From Octopus sinensis (taxonomy: Eukaryota), in assembly GCF_006345805.1 (NCBI RefSeq), contig NC_043002.1, positions 110,050,001 to 110,114,000 of the forward strand: a stretch of DNA of 64,000 bases, read 5' to 3'. This document shows, one piece after another, positions 11,478-24,519 of the stretch. Under the pieces are notes generated by a model. The model was not told where the DNA came from, ran no database searches, and worked only from the letters and a program-made list of their open reading frames with translations. Position numbers and translations under genes: made by a program. How positions within the stretch are numbered: position 1 is the first letter of the stretch; every line of letters starts with the position of its first letter.

Positions 11478-12080
11478 CAATCATCATCATCATCATCATC
11501 GTTTAACGTCCGCTTTCCATGCTAGCATGGGTTGGACGGTTCAACTGGGGTCTGGGAAGCCCGAAGACTGCACCAGGCCAGTCAGATCTGGCAGTGTTTC
11601 TACAGCTGGATGCCCTTTCTAACGCCAACCACTCCGTGAGTGTAGTGGGTGCTTTTTATGTGCCATGGACACAGGTGCCAGACGAGGCTGGCGAACGGCC
11701 ATGCTCGGATGGTGTTTTTTATGTGCCACCGACACAGGTGCCAGACAAGGCTGGCGAACGGCCACGCTCGGATGGTGTTTTTTTTTTGTGCCACCGACAC
11801 AGGTGCCAGACGAGGCTGGCGAACGGCCACGCTCGGATGGTGTTTTTTTTGTGCCACCGACACAGGTGCCAGACGAGGCTGGCAAATGGCCACACTCAGA
11901 TGGTGTTTTTTTTGTGCCACCGACACAGGTGCCAGATGAGGCTGGCGAATGGCCACGATCGGATGGTGTTTTTTTTACGTGCCACTGGCACGGAGGCCAG
12001 GCTAGGCTGGCACGGCCACGATCGGATGGTGTTTGTTATGTGCCCACAGCACGGAGGCCAGTCGATGCGGTACTACGGAT
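11478..12080 (-). mobile_element. RTE LINE 3' tail with tandem ~63-bp units and (GAT)n end
   Basis: Matches the 3' UTR of the RTE at 57631-59220; 5 core units plus 2 variant units. Confidence 0.85.
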
Positions 12081-12695
12081 GAAAATAGTTTTGAAGATAA
12101 CAAATACAGGTACATATACATTGGCATCTAATGATGAACAGAGATGAACTACTAAATAGTCAGAATAAGCATAAAACTGAAATAACACAAAAAATCCCAA
12201 CCAATAAATAAATAAATAAACAAACTGAAAGAAAATAGTTAAAAGTTTGAAAATTCTTTTATCAGCACTAAATATTACATGGAAAAATGCGAGCAAGAGA
12301 AATAATATTGTTAAGGTTATAAACCTGGAAAAGTACAGGACAAGTTATTACACTTGGAAAAGTTCAGGACAAGTTATTGCCTGTGTTCCATAATATAAAA
12401 ATTGATATATGAAAATCCCTTTAAATTAATTTTGATATTAAATAATAAGTTTAAAATATAATAACTTTATAACAATGCCTTTTCTGGACAGCCTTACTAC
12501 ATGCCTTCAGGTCTGCCTATAGAGACACAGCCAAAAATGACTATTCTTTCCCCAATAAAATTAGATGTATATAGCTGAATCATATAACACATTAATGAAT
12601 TAGCCTGATTAAATAATTAACTAAAAAGAAAAAGGAAAGCAACTGAAAAGAAATTAGCAAAAACTGCAGAAAGCAAGTAAGGCTGAAAGAGAAAA

Positions 12696-13205
12696 TCTAT
12701 ATATATAAAACTCAACTTGTGTGTCTGTGTGTGTATCTGTGTGCGTGTCTGTGTGTTTAACTTCCCGGCACATCTCCTCCTAGCCAACAAATCGTAGAAC
12801 CACCAAAAATGGGTCACTTAACGTTTAGGCGAATGAAAATTGAACTGCGCTATTTCTGTTCTGAAATTCATCTCACAAGTGCAAAAATCGATAATGTGTT
12901 TGTTTAGGCCTTATCCCATGCATTGAATAGTGAACTTTTACTTAGTCAGCTGTTTGACATGAACTGTGTTCACCACATGTGCAAGCATGCGTAAATTGCA
13001 TGAAAAATAAAAAAATCAAGATATAAAAACGAATTGCCGTAAAGATTGTAGAAATTCGGCAAAGAAATGAATTTTCGGGATGTAGCCTCGAGGGTTTTTT
13101 TGTATTAATCATTTGGACTTTGTGAACACATACCAATTGTTTTCATAACATTTTTAACGCTTGAATTAAATGTGACCATTTTGCAAAGCTGGGCAATATT
13201 GCTAG
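12696..13205 (+). mobile_element. Non-autonomous Helitron-like element (second family)
   Basis: A|TC tatatatataaaa 5' end; gcaaagctgggcaatattgCTAG|T 3' end. Confidence 0.6.
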
Positions 13206-13254
13206 TTAATGATAAAAGTTAAACTTACTGAAGTGCAATAGCATATTAAATATC

Positions 13255-13632
13255 ATCATCATCATCATCATCATTTAGCGTCCGCTTTCCATGCTAGCAT
13301 GGGTTGGACGGTTCAACTGGGGTCTGTGAAGCCAGAAGGCTGCATCAGGCCCAGTCTGATCTGGCAGTGTTTCTACGGCTGGATGCCCTTCTTAATGGCA
13401 ACCACTCCGTGAATGTAGTGGGTGCTTTTTATGTGCCACCCGCACAGGTGCCAGACAAAGCTGGCAAACGGCCACGAATGGATGGTGCTTTTTATGTGCC
13501 ACCGGCATGAGGCCAGTCGGGGCAGCGCTGGCGAACGGCCACGAACGGATGGTGCTTTTTTTACGTACCACCGGCACGGGGGCCAGGCGAGGCTGGCAAC
13601 GGCCACGAACGGATGGTGCTTTTTACGTGCTT
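13255..13632 (-). mobile_element. RTE LINE 3' tail
   Basis: (CAT)n followed by tttagcgtccgctttccatgctagcatggg; homologous to the 57631 copy. Confidence 0.85.
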
Positions 13633-14734
13633 TTATTAATTAAACACTTTTGATCAATGCCTTTTCTGAACAGCCTTACTACATGATTTCAGTACTGCCC
13701 ATAGACACACAGCCAGAAATGTCTGTATTCTATCAAGTGAATTTGGAATTATAAAGAAAATAAAGATGAAATAAAGTTACTTTTTTATGCAAATTTATTT
13801 TATTTTCTTGCAATTATTCATAGATTATATGTATTTTTATAAGTAAAAAATGATTGAGTTCATAACAAGGAACAACAACTACAATATAATCATCATCATC
13901 ATCATCATCATTTAACGTCCATTTTCCATGCTAGCATGGATAGGACAGTAACACAAGTGCCAGCCAGGCCGAAATCTGTACCAGACTTCTGTGTCTGTTT
14001 TGGCAAGATTTTTACAGCTGGATACCCTTCTGAACACCAACTACTTTACAGTGTGGACTGGGTGCTTTTAAGTGGCACCTGCATAGACAGGGTCACCAAG
14101 TACTTGCAAGACATTTAAAAAACTTTTAAGAAGTGGAGGAGGCATTGGTGGAAGTGATGATGAAAAGGTCATAGTCAGAAAGATACAGGTGTCTTGCTGT
14201 AGAGGAAGTACAAGGTTACCTGGTCAGAGAGAGCAAGAGAAAGATCCAGAATGAAGACAGAAATAGGTGTGCTACCACAAAGAAAATACACGGTTGCCCA
14301 AATTGAGAGAAGTGCAGGAGAAGGAGAGAGAGAGTGGGAGGCTGCAGGATAGAAATGGTGGCAAAATGCCAGGCATACTCAAAAGGAAAGGTAACCAGAA
14401 TAGAGAGAGAGATAGATGGTGGCATGTGCAGGGCATACCCTTCAGGTTCAAATGCTATAATATAAGTGGCTGGATATTGTGAAGGGAGTGTGATTAAAGA
14501 TTGTGAGTAAGTGGCAAAAGACTTGGGTATATATAGAGTTGGAGGGACTACTGGGTAACAATGATACAAAGGAACAAGGATGTGAGGACAGGATTGGGGA
14601 ATGAGAGCTAGGCATAGAGTATGAAGGAGGTAATGTGAGGAAGAGGAGAGATGTAGATTGGTTTGTTGGGGGTAGAGTGAGGGAAAATTTTCTTGTTATG
14701 TGTGGGTGGAACACCCAAGTCAGGGGCTAGCAGA

Positions 14735-15410
14735 TGTCAAGAACATTATTGCTGGCAGAAAAGAGTTACAGCCAGATTGAAAAAGAGGCATTAGCTATTA
14801 CATTTGGTATGGAAAAGTTTCACAGGTTCATTCACTGCAGACATTTTTGGTTTCAAAGGGACCATAGACCTCTAATGACGATATACAGATCCAAGAAAGG
14901 AATCCCAACACATACTGCAAACAGACTGCAGTAGTGGGGTACCGTTCTATTTAACTATGATTATAGAATGGAATATCTGCCTTTAGGAAAGTTGGAGCAT
15001 GCTGATGGTCGGTCTAGATTAATTTCAAGAAATAACAAACTGTTGGAGGACACCATAATAGCAGTACTAAGAGTGGAGGCGAAAACAAAAAAAAAAATGA
15101 TGTGGAACATTGTGCGTGAAGTACCAGTAACTTTGGAAGAAATAAAAAGAAATGCAAGAAATGACAAATTTATTGATGATACAAAAAGAAAACTTGTCGA
15201 CAAAAGGAAATAAAGAAAGGTCTGATGCAAAGAACTGCCAAGATGTGAGCATGAACCCTATATGTGATGGTGTACTAATGTAAACTCAGAGGGTGGTCAT
15301 ACCACAGACATTACAGAAGAAAATGCTAAAAGAGTTCCATGTGGGGCATCCAGGTATCTCTAGAATGAAAGCACTGATGCGAAGCTTTGTATATTGTATA
15401 TAAAAGTAGA
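14735..15410 (+). mobile_element. Degenerate Gypsy pol fragment (RNase H to integrase zinc-binding region)
   Basis: AEKSYSQIEKEALAITFGMEKFH..DHRPL..TANRLQ, HADGRSRL, and LKEFHVGHPGISRMKALMRS. Confidence 0.85.
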
Positions 15411-15879
15411 CCCTAAGAAAAAAAGATATTGAATATATATATATATATATAAAGGAGAAGGTGGGGTGAATAAAAGAAATTGATTGTTAAATATGATAAT
15501 TAAAAGTGGAGATTTACTGTATGCCCCTCCTGGTAAAAAGGAGCCAACCATTATAAATAGACCAGTAGCCAGTAGTCAAGGGAGGGTCGAGAGTCGACAG
15601 TTGTAGTTATTGTCTTGTGGAGCTATCAGTGATAGTAAGACAGAAGAAGTTAGTGTATTACTATTCCTGTATGAAGAGATACAACAGTATCCAATGACTA
15701 GTAACTATTGTGTCTACTAACATAAAACAGCATCTACAGTACAATTACAGTCATACATCACACCAGTGGGAGGAAACCCACTTTACAATGGGTGCACAAA
15801 GTAAAAATGGTGAAAAATTTTAGAAAAGTAAGTGTTGTAAGAGAAGAGGACAAGTTATGCAAGAATTTCTGTTTTTTAT

Positions 15880-17372
15880 CACAGAAATGCTAAGATTTTA
15901 TGGAGTCCACTTGATGGTTGACACAAATGATTTTTAGACCAAAGAATATTTTTGTATAAAAAGGAAATTTACTTTGAATGTGATACTAAAAAAAAAGGAT
16001 AGTAAATAAAGTTAATAGCATACTGTAACCTGAAGCCAATATCCTTTGCAATAGCTTCATCAGGAATGCAGCAACTTTGGGACATTGCATTTCATGCTAA
16101 TGTGTGAATGTATTAACAATGATATTATTACTGTAACGTTATTTACAAGAACATTAAGCAATTGTTTGAGATGAAAGCATTATATCATATTTGAATTTGT
16201 GACTGTTGATAGAAAATCTTAGGAAATCATATTTGTATCTGATTTCTTTTCTGACAAAAGGAACAAAAGAAGATAAAGTTAATGACGGAATAAAGGCCTA
16301 GTAAAGTAATGCTGTAGATGCTGGGAATTTTTCAAAGTTACTTATAACAGCTGGCAAGAGAGAAATAGTCCCAGTTGTCGCAAATGGAATGATAGATTTT
16401 AAAGAAATATGTGGTATGTTGGATAACAACAGAAACTGAATTAGGTAAAAATTCTAGCTGGTTTTGGAAAAGATAAATTTCAGCTAATAGGTATTACAGT
16501 CCAGATCATTGATTCTGAAATCATGAATGAAATCTTTTGGCAAAAATATGAATATGATTTCATTGATATAGAGAGTGGCATCGCAGTAAATAGGAATTGA
16601 TTATTTTACTGAATTTAAAAATTTCTTGAGAAATACTGAAGATTAATGCTCCCATAATGTTATTTCAAAAATGTTGATGCTACTAAACCAAGTGTAAAAA
16701 ATACAAAAAAAAAAGGAAAAATCAGGCAAGTTACAAAGCAAAAATGTTTCCATTCCAAGAACTCCAATAGCGCCAACTGATTATGGAATTGAACTTTAAA
16801 GAATTTAGGATTTCTGTTTGAATAGGCTTTGCAATGTCAATTAATAAAGCCCGAAGTTGGAGCTAAAAATGCTGACCTTTATCAGTAATTCATGTAATTT
16901 TAGATTCCATGTTTAACAGTTGGAAGAACAGAAAACCATTATATATCATTGTAAAATGGAAAACCAAGAATAATTCTCATCATAAAGCTCTTTAGTATTA
17001 TTCCTTATATTATATTCCTCTTATCTAATATAAGTAATTACATTATTTCAACTGATTTTATATTGCAAGAAAACAGTATGAAAAAATATATTTTCCATGA
17101 TAAAAATATGCATTATATATATATTATATATATGTGTGTGTGTGTGTGTGAGTATATGTGCATGCATGCAGAAACACACACACACTCCCACACACATACA
17201 CAAACACATACACGCACACAATAGGAGGATGGGCACAAATAGCCTGAAACTGTACGGGCTAGTGATCCTGTTGTCTGCTAGAAGATAGTAGGGTTTACTC
17301 CCCAGCTTGCAATATATATTTTAAAATTTCATTATGCTCTTTAATCCAGGCAAAGCCAGGTATTTCTGCTAG
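15880..17372 (+). mobile_element. Heavily decayed Helitron helicase (PIF1-like) C-terminus ending in a Helitron 3' terminus
   Basis: Remnants IASSG, AGNFSKLL..NGMIDF and IGFAMSINKA (cf. LAFAMSINKAQGQS); ccaggcaaagccagg hairpin-like motif then CTAG|T at 17369-17372. Confidence 0.6.
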
Positions 17373-17398
17373 TATATATATATATTCTAGTATATCTA

Positions 17399-17454
<56 letters not shown>

Positions 17455-17456
<2 letters not shown>

Positions 17457-19029
17457 ATATAAAACTGAGAATATGTGTCTATCTGTCTGTCTGTGTGTTT
17501 CCCTAAAACTTGAGAACTACACAACCAATTTCATTCAAATTTTACACATGCCTTACTTAGGGTCCATGTAGTTTCAGGGGCAAAAAAATGTTCAACTTCT
17601 TGTCTAGGGCGAGCCCATAGCAATATTATATCTTCTTCACTTTCAGTATTACGTGTTAAAAGTGAAACAAAAACATTTCTCTATTTTATGTCAGATACTT
17701 TCACTTTAACAATAAAAATTAGAGATAATAATAACAATTGAATTATATGTAGTAAGTAATAATTAAAATCAAACTAAAGTATAATATAATAATTAAATCG
17801 TAATATAACAATTAAAAGTAAAAATAGCAATTCGCATAAAATTGCATCAATGACTTGAACTTGAATAAGTGGTTTTACATGAAGGGGAATAAATTAAAAA
17901 TAAAAATAGTGTGCAGAAATGGAATAGTCAAGATGGAGCTGTGCACATACCCTTTACCATGGCTTTTACATCAGATTATCTGCTAATTAGCTAGCATTAA
18001 GTATCTATACGAAGTTTGGATGCATGTAATGTCTGTTTTCTTGAACATCCGCTTCTACTGAGTACTGCTGTTGGTTTATTTCTTATACATAAAGACTATA
18101 GCTTCAACTGCGTACTGCTTTTTGATTCACCGTAAGGTTTGTTATTATTATTACTGTTTAACTATTGTTATCAAGTTTGTTGATTCCTCGTAAGGGAAAC
18201 GTTGTTGTGTTGCATTTGTTAAATAATTGTAAACCGTAACCCTCCCCATTTGGGAGAAGGAGCTTTGGTTATTGTTTAAAAATTGAATTGTGTCCCTGTT
18301 TGGGGAAATTGACAATATTTTCACCGTTTATACGGAAGCATTTTTGTTAGAATGCCTTCGATAGAAGAAAGTCCAAAAATGAATTTCGCTGCAGCCGTCG
18401 GCGGGCGTGAACTCATTTAAATTGAAATGGAAGAAATACAAATCTAATTCGGATTGATCACCAACAAAGACGGTGAATCTAGGATAACACCACCAAACGA
18501 AATAAAAAATTAAATTAAAAGAAAAGACTATTGTCTATAAAGTATACAATGTAGAAAAAAAAAAAATTTGAACACCTGGAGGAAAGCACCATCGAAAAGT
18601 GTCTTGGTGCCACTATGAAAGATATCAAGTATCTAACCAGAGGCGGTAAATTTGCCACAATAGAAGCAAGGTTCGAGTCAACAGAGCGTGCAAAGGAGTA
18701 CTCGACTCGAACCTTGCAAAGTGGAAATATCTTATTTTTACCTTTATATCTGGGACGTAGGACATCCTGGATAGAAATTAAAAATGTCCCCCCAGAAGTA
18801 GAGGTAGGCTGGATTGTAGTCACATTTCTATACAAGAGTGAGGACAAGATACAATTGATCGAAATTGCAAGTCTGTTATATATTTTGAGTATTGTTATCA
18901 CTAGCGATATCAAGATATTTGTATTTTGTATTTTATGTGTAGATGTAAATATATAGATGTACATGTAATATGTACACATATATACATGCACTAGCACTAT
19001 GACCCAGCAACGCCGGGTCATAATGCTAG
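17455..19029 (+). mobile_element. Helitron-like element containing an internal ORF-like fragment (18352-18875)
   Basis: 5' tatataaaactgagaat..tgtctgtctgt resembles the other Helitron starts; 3' gacccagcaacgccgggtc hairpin plus CTAG|T. Confidence 0.6.
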
Positions 19030-19135
19030 TATATATATATAGACTTTTTCTATTCCTGAGTGTTATGCTAATACATCTGTTTGTCTTCATCTTTTGTTTT
19101 TTTCACAAACTCTCCCTACATATATATATATATAT

Positions 19136-19735
19136 CATCATCATCATCATCATCATCATTTAACGTCCGCTTTCCATGCTAGCATGGGTTGGACGGTTCA
19201 ACTGGGGTCTGGGGAGCCCGAAAGCTGCACCAGTCCAGTCAGATCTGGCAGTGTTTCTACAGCTGGATGCCCTTCCTAACGCCAACCACTCCGAGAGTGT
19301 AGTGGGTGATTTTATGTGCCACCGACACAGGTGCCAGACGAGGCTGGCAAACGGCCACGCTCGGATGGTGTTTTTTTATGTGCCACCGACACAGGTGCCA
19401 GACGAGGCTGGCAGACGGCCACGCTCGGATGGTGTTTTTATGTGCCACCGACACAGGTGCCAGATGAGGCTGGCAAACGGCCACGATCGGATGGTGTTTG
19501 TTACGTGCCCACAGCACGGAGGCCAGTCGATGCGGTACTGGCTACCGCTACGTTCGGATGGTTTTCCTGTGTGCCACGTGCCACCGGCACTGGTACCACA
19601 AAGATACAAATTCCATTGATGTTCATCTATTTTGATTTGTTTTGATTTTCACTTGCCTCAACAGGTCTTCACAAGTGTCACAAGAAGGAAGGTAAGCACA
19701 GGTGGACTGACTACGTCCCAGGTAAGGGTCACGGG
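19136..19735 (-). mobile_element. RTE LINE 3' tail with three 63-bp core units
   Basis: Homology to the 11478 and 57631 copies. Confidence 0.85.
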
Positions 19736-19739
19736 TTAT

Positions 19740-20655
19740 ATATATATATATATATATATGTTCTATTTTATTAACATATTATATGACTAAACGCACGCAC
19801 CCTATTAAGTAAGATTGTTCTGTTTATCAAGTTAGCCTTGATATTAACTCTCACGCGACTCTGCATCTTTCTTTCTTTCTCTCCCATTCCCTTTTTCGTC
19901 TTTTTTCCCTCACTTAACTTGTCTCTTCCTCTCTCTCTCATTCTTCATTCTCTCTCTCCCTTTCACCATTCTTCATGGTCTCCTCGCACCATTCCCCTTC
20001 TTCTCTCTCTTCCTCTTGCTCCTCCTCCCCCATTCCCGTCGTCCATCTGCGACGATACTTCCGTCGTAACTGCTATCCTGTCTTTTCTCGCCCGCCTTCC
20101 AAGGCTACTGGTCGACATTTTTTCTCTCTCGTCGTCCACTATAATCCAGCGTTTGCAATACTTTTTTCGTCTGGCGTTAACAGCCCTTCTTATCTTGTTC
20201 TCCTTGTCCTGTCTCTCACTGTTATATATTTATTTTTCCACTGTTTATATATATATTTTTTTTACTATTTATATGTTTGTACTGTCGTTACCGTCTTGCT
20301 TTTTTTACCCCTCTGCGAAAAGATCTCAGAATTTTAATTGATTTGCTTTTCGCAGGAAGGAAGTTTTCTTCGAAGTATATGTCTCGCTTTTATCCTTCGA
20401 AACGTTTAGTAGATGAAACCTTAGCGACTGAAGAAGGGGATTTTTCGTTGTGCTTATTGTCCTGTATCTCCTTTTTTGCTTGTCTTGTTCCTTGGTTTGT
20501 GTCTATGTTTTTCGTCTCTCTATGTGTTCGACGTCTTTTTGGTGTCCTGTACACATATATGCGTGTATATGTACATGTAGAGGTAGGTACGTACATATAT
20601 GTTTATATATATGCATATGTTCTATTTTATTAACATATATATATATATATATATA
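19740..20655. mobile_element. Interspersed repeat, probably Penelope-derived, bounded by (TA)n
   Basis: Direct repeat tatgttctattttattaacatat at both ends; 20270-20640 is homologous to the reverse complement of 60855-61315. Confidence 0.5.
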
Positions 20656-20957
20656 CTGCATCAGATTTCTGTCTGAAAAATAAAAAATAAAAATAAGAAA
20701 TAAGTGGAAATTTTACCAGTGAGTGTGTTAAATAATAAGGCACTAAAAGAGAATGACTCTCCCCAGACACAACAGTATATATATATGTATATACATATAT
20801 ATCTTTTAAATTTGTTTATTGGAAGCGTTTTGAATATGCAAATAAAACTTCTGTTGTAAAGATGCTGACTGGTGAACCAATTGTTTGGGTTTGCATCAAC
20901 CTGTACCAATATAATGTAGGATAACCATTGTAATAATAACAATAATCCTTGGATGTG

Positions 20958-21329
20958 TGGAGGCGCAATGGTCCAGTGGTTAGGGCAGTGGACTCGCGGT
21001 CATAGGATCGAGGTTTCGATTCCCAGACCGGGTGTTGTGAGTGTTTATTGAGCGAAAACACCTAAATCCCCACGAGGCTCTGGCAGGGGGTGGTGGTGAT
21101 CCCTGCTGTACTCTTTCACCACAACTTTCTCTCACGCTTACTTCCTGTTTCTGTTGTACCTGTATTTCAAAGGGCCGGTCTTGTCACTCTCTGTGTTCCC
21201 CGAGAACTACGTTAAGGGTACACGTGTCTGTGGAGTGCTCAGCCACTTACACGTTAATTTTACGAGCAGGCTGTTCCGTTGATTCGGATCAACCGGAACC
21301 CTCATCGTCGTAACCGACAGAGTGCTTCC
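20958..21329 (+). mobile_element. tRNA(Arg)-like SINE, family B
   Basis: Head tggaggcgcaatgg..ggactcgcggtc..gtttcgattccc; six copies in the window. Confidence 0.9.
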
Positions 21330-21359
21330 CCAATCCTTTGATGGAATTTATAATATTTT

Positions 21360-21632
21360 AATGCATTGCTACACATGTTTCCATATATCACATGTCTCTT
21401 AAGATCACAGTCCATATTCCTGGGATGATTACAGTGTAGTCTGTAGTATCTGTGGGTGTTGGGTAGAGCATCTTCATTTGTTCAGGCGTTTAATGCTATA
21501 TCATCTGAAGAAATGAATCCATGAAGATAAATTACCTAATGCCCATGGGTTCTATGGACTACATTGTAATTGTCGCAGGAATATGGACTGTGATCTTAAG
21601 AGACATATGGAAATGTGTGTAATGATGCATCC
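21360..21632. mobile_element. MITE with ~75-bp inverted arms
   Basis: tgtctcttaagatcacagtccatattcctg (21393-21422) versus caggaatatggactgtgatcttaagagaca (21576-21605). Confidence 0.75.
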
Positions 21633-21690
21633 AAAGATTATTGTTGTTATTACTATATATATACATATATGTATGTATGTAACAATAACA

Positions 21691-21773
<83 letters not shown>

Positions 21774-21864
21774 CAAAAAGGGTGAAATATAATTAATTCA
21801 ATAAAAATTAATAAATTTCACCTAGTAGTTTTATCGGTATGGAAAAGACAATATTTGGTAAGGA

Positions 21865-21984
21865 TTATATTAATTATAATAAAGGGTTAATTGCAACAAG
21901 TTGCTCAAAACCACATACCGAAAATATTCGGTATGTGGTTTTGAGCAACTTGTTGCAATTAACCCTTTATTATAATTAATATAA
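21865..21984. repeat. Perfect palindrome: 58-bp arms, 4-nt loop
   Basis: 21865-21922 is the exact reverse complement of 21927-21984; loop is AATA. Confidence 0.95.
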
Positions 21985-22025
<41 letters not shown>

Positions 22026-22494
22026 ACTCTATGTATCATTAACATATATTCAATATGCTATGTGCATTTATATATACTCTTATTTCAGTTTTAATCATTC
22101 TACTTCATATGTTCCACTATATTCTTCTATTACCTTTTATGTTCAAACTTACTGACCAGTATCATGTTTTCAGCTTTAGCCTATTTACTTATTACGCTGC
22201 TCACATGTATTCCTTACAAAAACCAGAGATAATTTGAAATAGCAGAAAATTCAGAAGGCCAAGGTTTGTTGGTGCCTCCTCCTGTTTAATATTATTCTGC
22301 AGGAATTTTGACAGTGGGTGTGAATAATAATGAAAATGGCATGCATTTTCAGCTTTTGCAAAGAATATATCATATATGTTGTAAATGTACAGCTTTTACA
22401 TAAATTGAACTTGCTGTCCTTTGAAGACCTTTAGAAAATATTTGTAACCTGTTTTTAAGACCATGTACTCATGTGTAAATATACATATATATTT

Positions 22495-22864
22495 TGGAAC
22501 CAACCACATGGTTCCGGGTTCAGTCCCACTGCGTGGCATCTTGGGCAAGTGTCTTCTGCTATAGCCCCGGGCCGACCAATGCCTTGTGAGTGGATTTGGT
22601 AGACGGAAACTGAAAGAAGCCTGTCGTATATATGTGTATGTGTGTGTGTGTGTGTTTGTGTGTCTGTGTTTGTCCCCCTAGCATTGCTTGACAACCGATG
22701 CTGGTGTGTTTATGTCCCCGTCACTTAGTGGTTCGGCAAAAGAGACCGATAGAATAAGTACTGGGCTTACAAAGAATAAGTCCCAGGGTCGATTTGCTCG
22801 ACTAAAGGCGGTGCTCCAGCATGGCCACAGTCAAATGACTGAAACAAGTAAAAGAGTAAAAGAG
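22495..22864 (+). mobile_element. SINE family A, 5' truncated
   Basis: Homology to family A. Confidence 0.85.
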
Positions 22865-23399
22865 TATACATGTACAACATTTGTGAAAATAGGTGGAGCA
22901 TTTATTGTAGAAAACAACATAATGTAGAATAATGAGTGAATCATTGACAACAACACATTGTACATGTTATGACTTGTATAATATTTGGGGAATGATGAAT
23001 ATAAGTTTCTTACATTCCTGTTATTTTCTTATTTTGGCATTTTTATTTACATCCTCATAGTCTCATTAGTAAACTTCATCATGTATACTTTTCAACAATA
23101 CCGCCAACTGGAAAATTCAAATATTTGTACATGCAAGCAAACTATTGTAATTATCACAAAGTATAGAAAAACACCTGCCATCATTATTGACACCTCAGGT
23201 ATTTTAGTAGATATGTATTATGTACACACACACACACACACACACACACATGTTACATAAATACATCTGCATGTACATATATATAAGCACATATTTATAA
23301 CATATATGTGTATGACTATTTCTTAATTATATCTATCTATCCACCCATCCATCCATTCATTCATCCATTCATCCATCCATTCATCCATCTATCCATCTA

Positions 23400-23525
<126 letters not shown>

Positions 23526-23564
23526 TACATAAATACATATACACACACACACCATAGCTCAGCT

Positions 23565-23885
23565 CTGTATAGAGATAATGGCCTGGCCTATGATCAGCTA
23601 CATCATTGACGCATTCAGGAGGGATCTGATAAAGATCTTCAAAGAATTTTGCATGATTATAACAGTTACTACCAATTTGACAAAGGTCAACTTCCTGAAT
23701 GTAATCTAAACTTGAAGACAGTTAACTTTCGCCCTTACAGAAAGCCCTTTGATCAAACTGTTTACATTCATAGAAACTTCAACTACTTCCCAGCTGTAAT
23801 TAGAAATCTTGTCACATGTAGAAGAATCTCTAAACTATTAGTGGACAGAGAAGTCTTTAACATGGGCTCCACCCCATAAGCTAAA
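23565..23885 (+). mobile_element. Penelope-like reverse transcriptase fragment
   Basis: [45 protein letters not shown], matching the Penelope RT C-terminal pattern. Confidence 0.75.
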
Positions 23886-24010
23886 AATTAGTAATTAGTG
23901 GCTTACCAAAAAGTTAGTATACAAAGACACTCAGCTCTGAATCTGAAGTGAATCAGAAAGAGAAAGATAATCAGGTTCAATCCTTCATCCAACCTAGAAG
24001 TGTCAACTAA

Positions 24011-24414
24011 TAGGCGCAGGAGTGGCTGTGTGGTAAGTAGCTTGCTAACCAACCACATGGTTCCGGGTTCAATCCCACTGCGTGGCATCTTGGGCAAGCG
24101 TCTTCTGCTATAGCCCCGGGCCGACCAATGCCTTGTGAGTGGATTTGGTAGACGGAAACTGAAAGAAGCCTGTCGTATATATGTATATATATAAGTGTGT
24201 GTGAATATGTTTGTGTGTCTGTGTTTGTCCCCCTAGCATTGCCTGACAACCGATGCTGGTGTGTTTACGTCCCCATCACTTAGCGGTTCGGCAAAAAGAA
24301 ACCGATAGAATAAGTACTGGGCTTACAAAGAATAAGTTCCGGGGTCGATTTGCTCGACTAAAGGCGGTGCTCCAGCATGGCCGCAGTCAAATGACTGAAA
24401 CAAGTAAAAGAGTA
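24011..24414 (+). mobile_element. SINE family A
   Basis: Full-length homology. Confidence 0.9.
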
Positions 24415-24519
24415 AGGGTAAAGAGAGAGAGTAACATAGCTTGGAGTTCTCAGACACTAATTAAAAGACATTTGCCTAGATCCCATATGTATTATAAACT
24501 CTTCTATCCCCACGGTGTT

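Noticed and set aside
11660-12060. Regularly spaced repeats superficially like a CRISPR array
   Set aside because: Contiguous tandem units with no unique spacers, in a eukaryotic retroelement context.
11519-12147. Overlapping repetitive ORFs in several frames (also 19176-19645 and 43623-44259)
   Set aside because: Artefact of the 63-bp (multiple-of-three), stop-poor repeat in the RTE 3' UTR.
19838-20341. 167-aa hydrophobic ORF
   Set aside because: CT-rich low-complexity sequence inside an interspersed repeat.
20385-20435. GAAAC...CTGAAGA arrangement suggesting a type II hammerhead (also 61105-61160)
   Set aside because: Stem I cannot be formed in either copy.
20652-20700. Strong minus-strand acceptor-like tract (tttttcag|ACAGAAATC)
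   Set aside because: Runs into (TA)n after ~16 nt with no convincing donor or recognisable peptide.
20958-21035. tRNA-like sequences at SINE heads
   Set aside because: No complete cloverleaf or acceptor stem, and they continue into SINE bodies; not called as tRNA genes.
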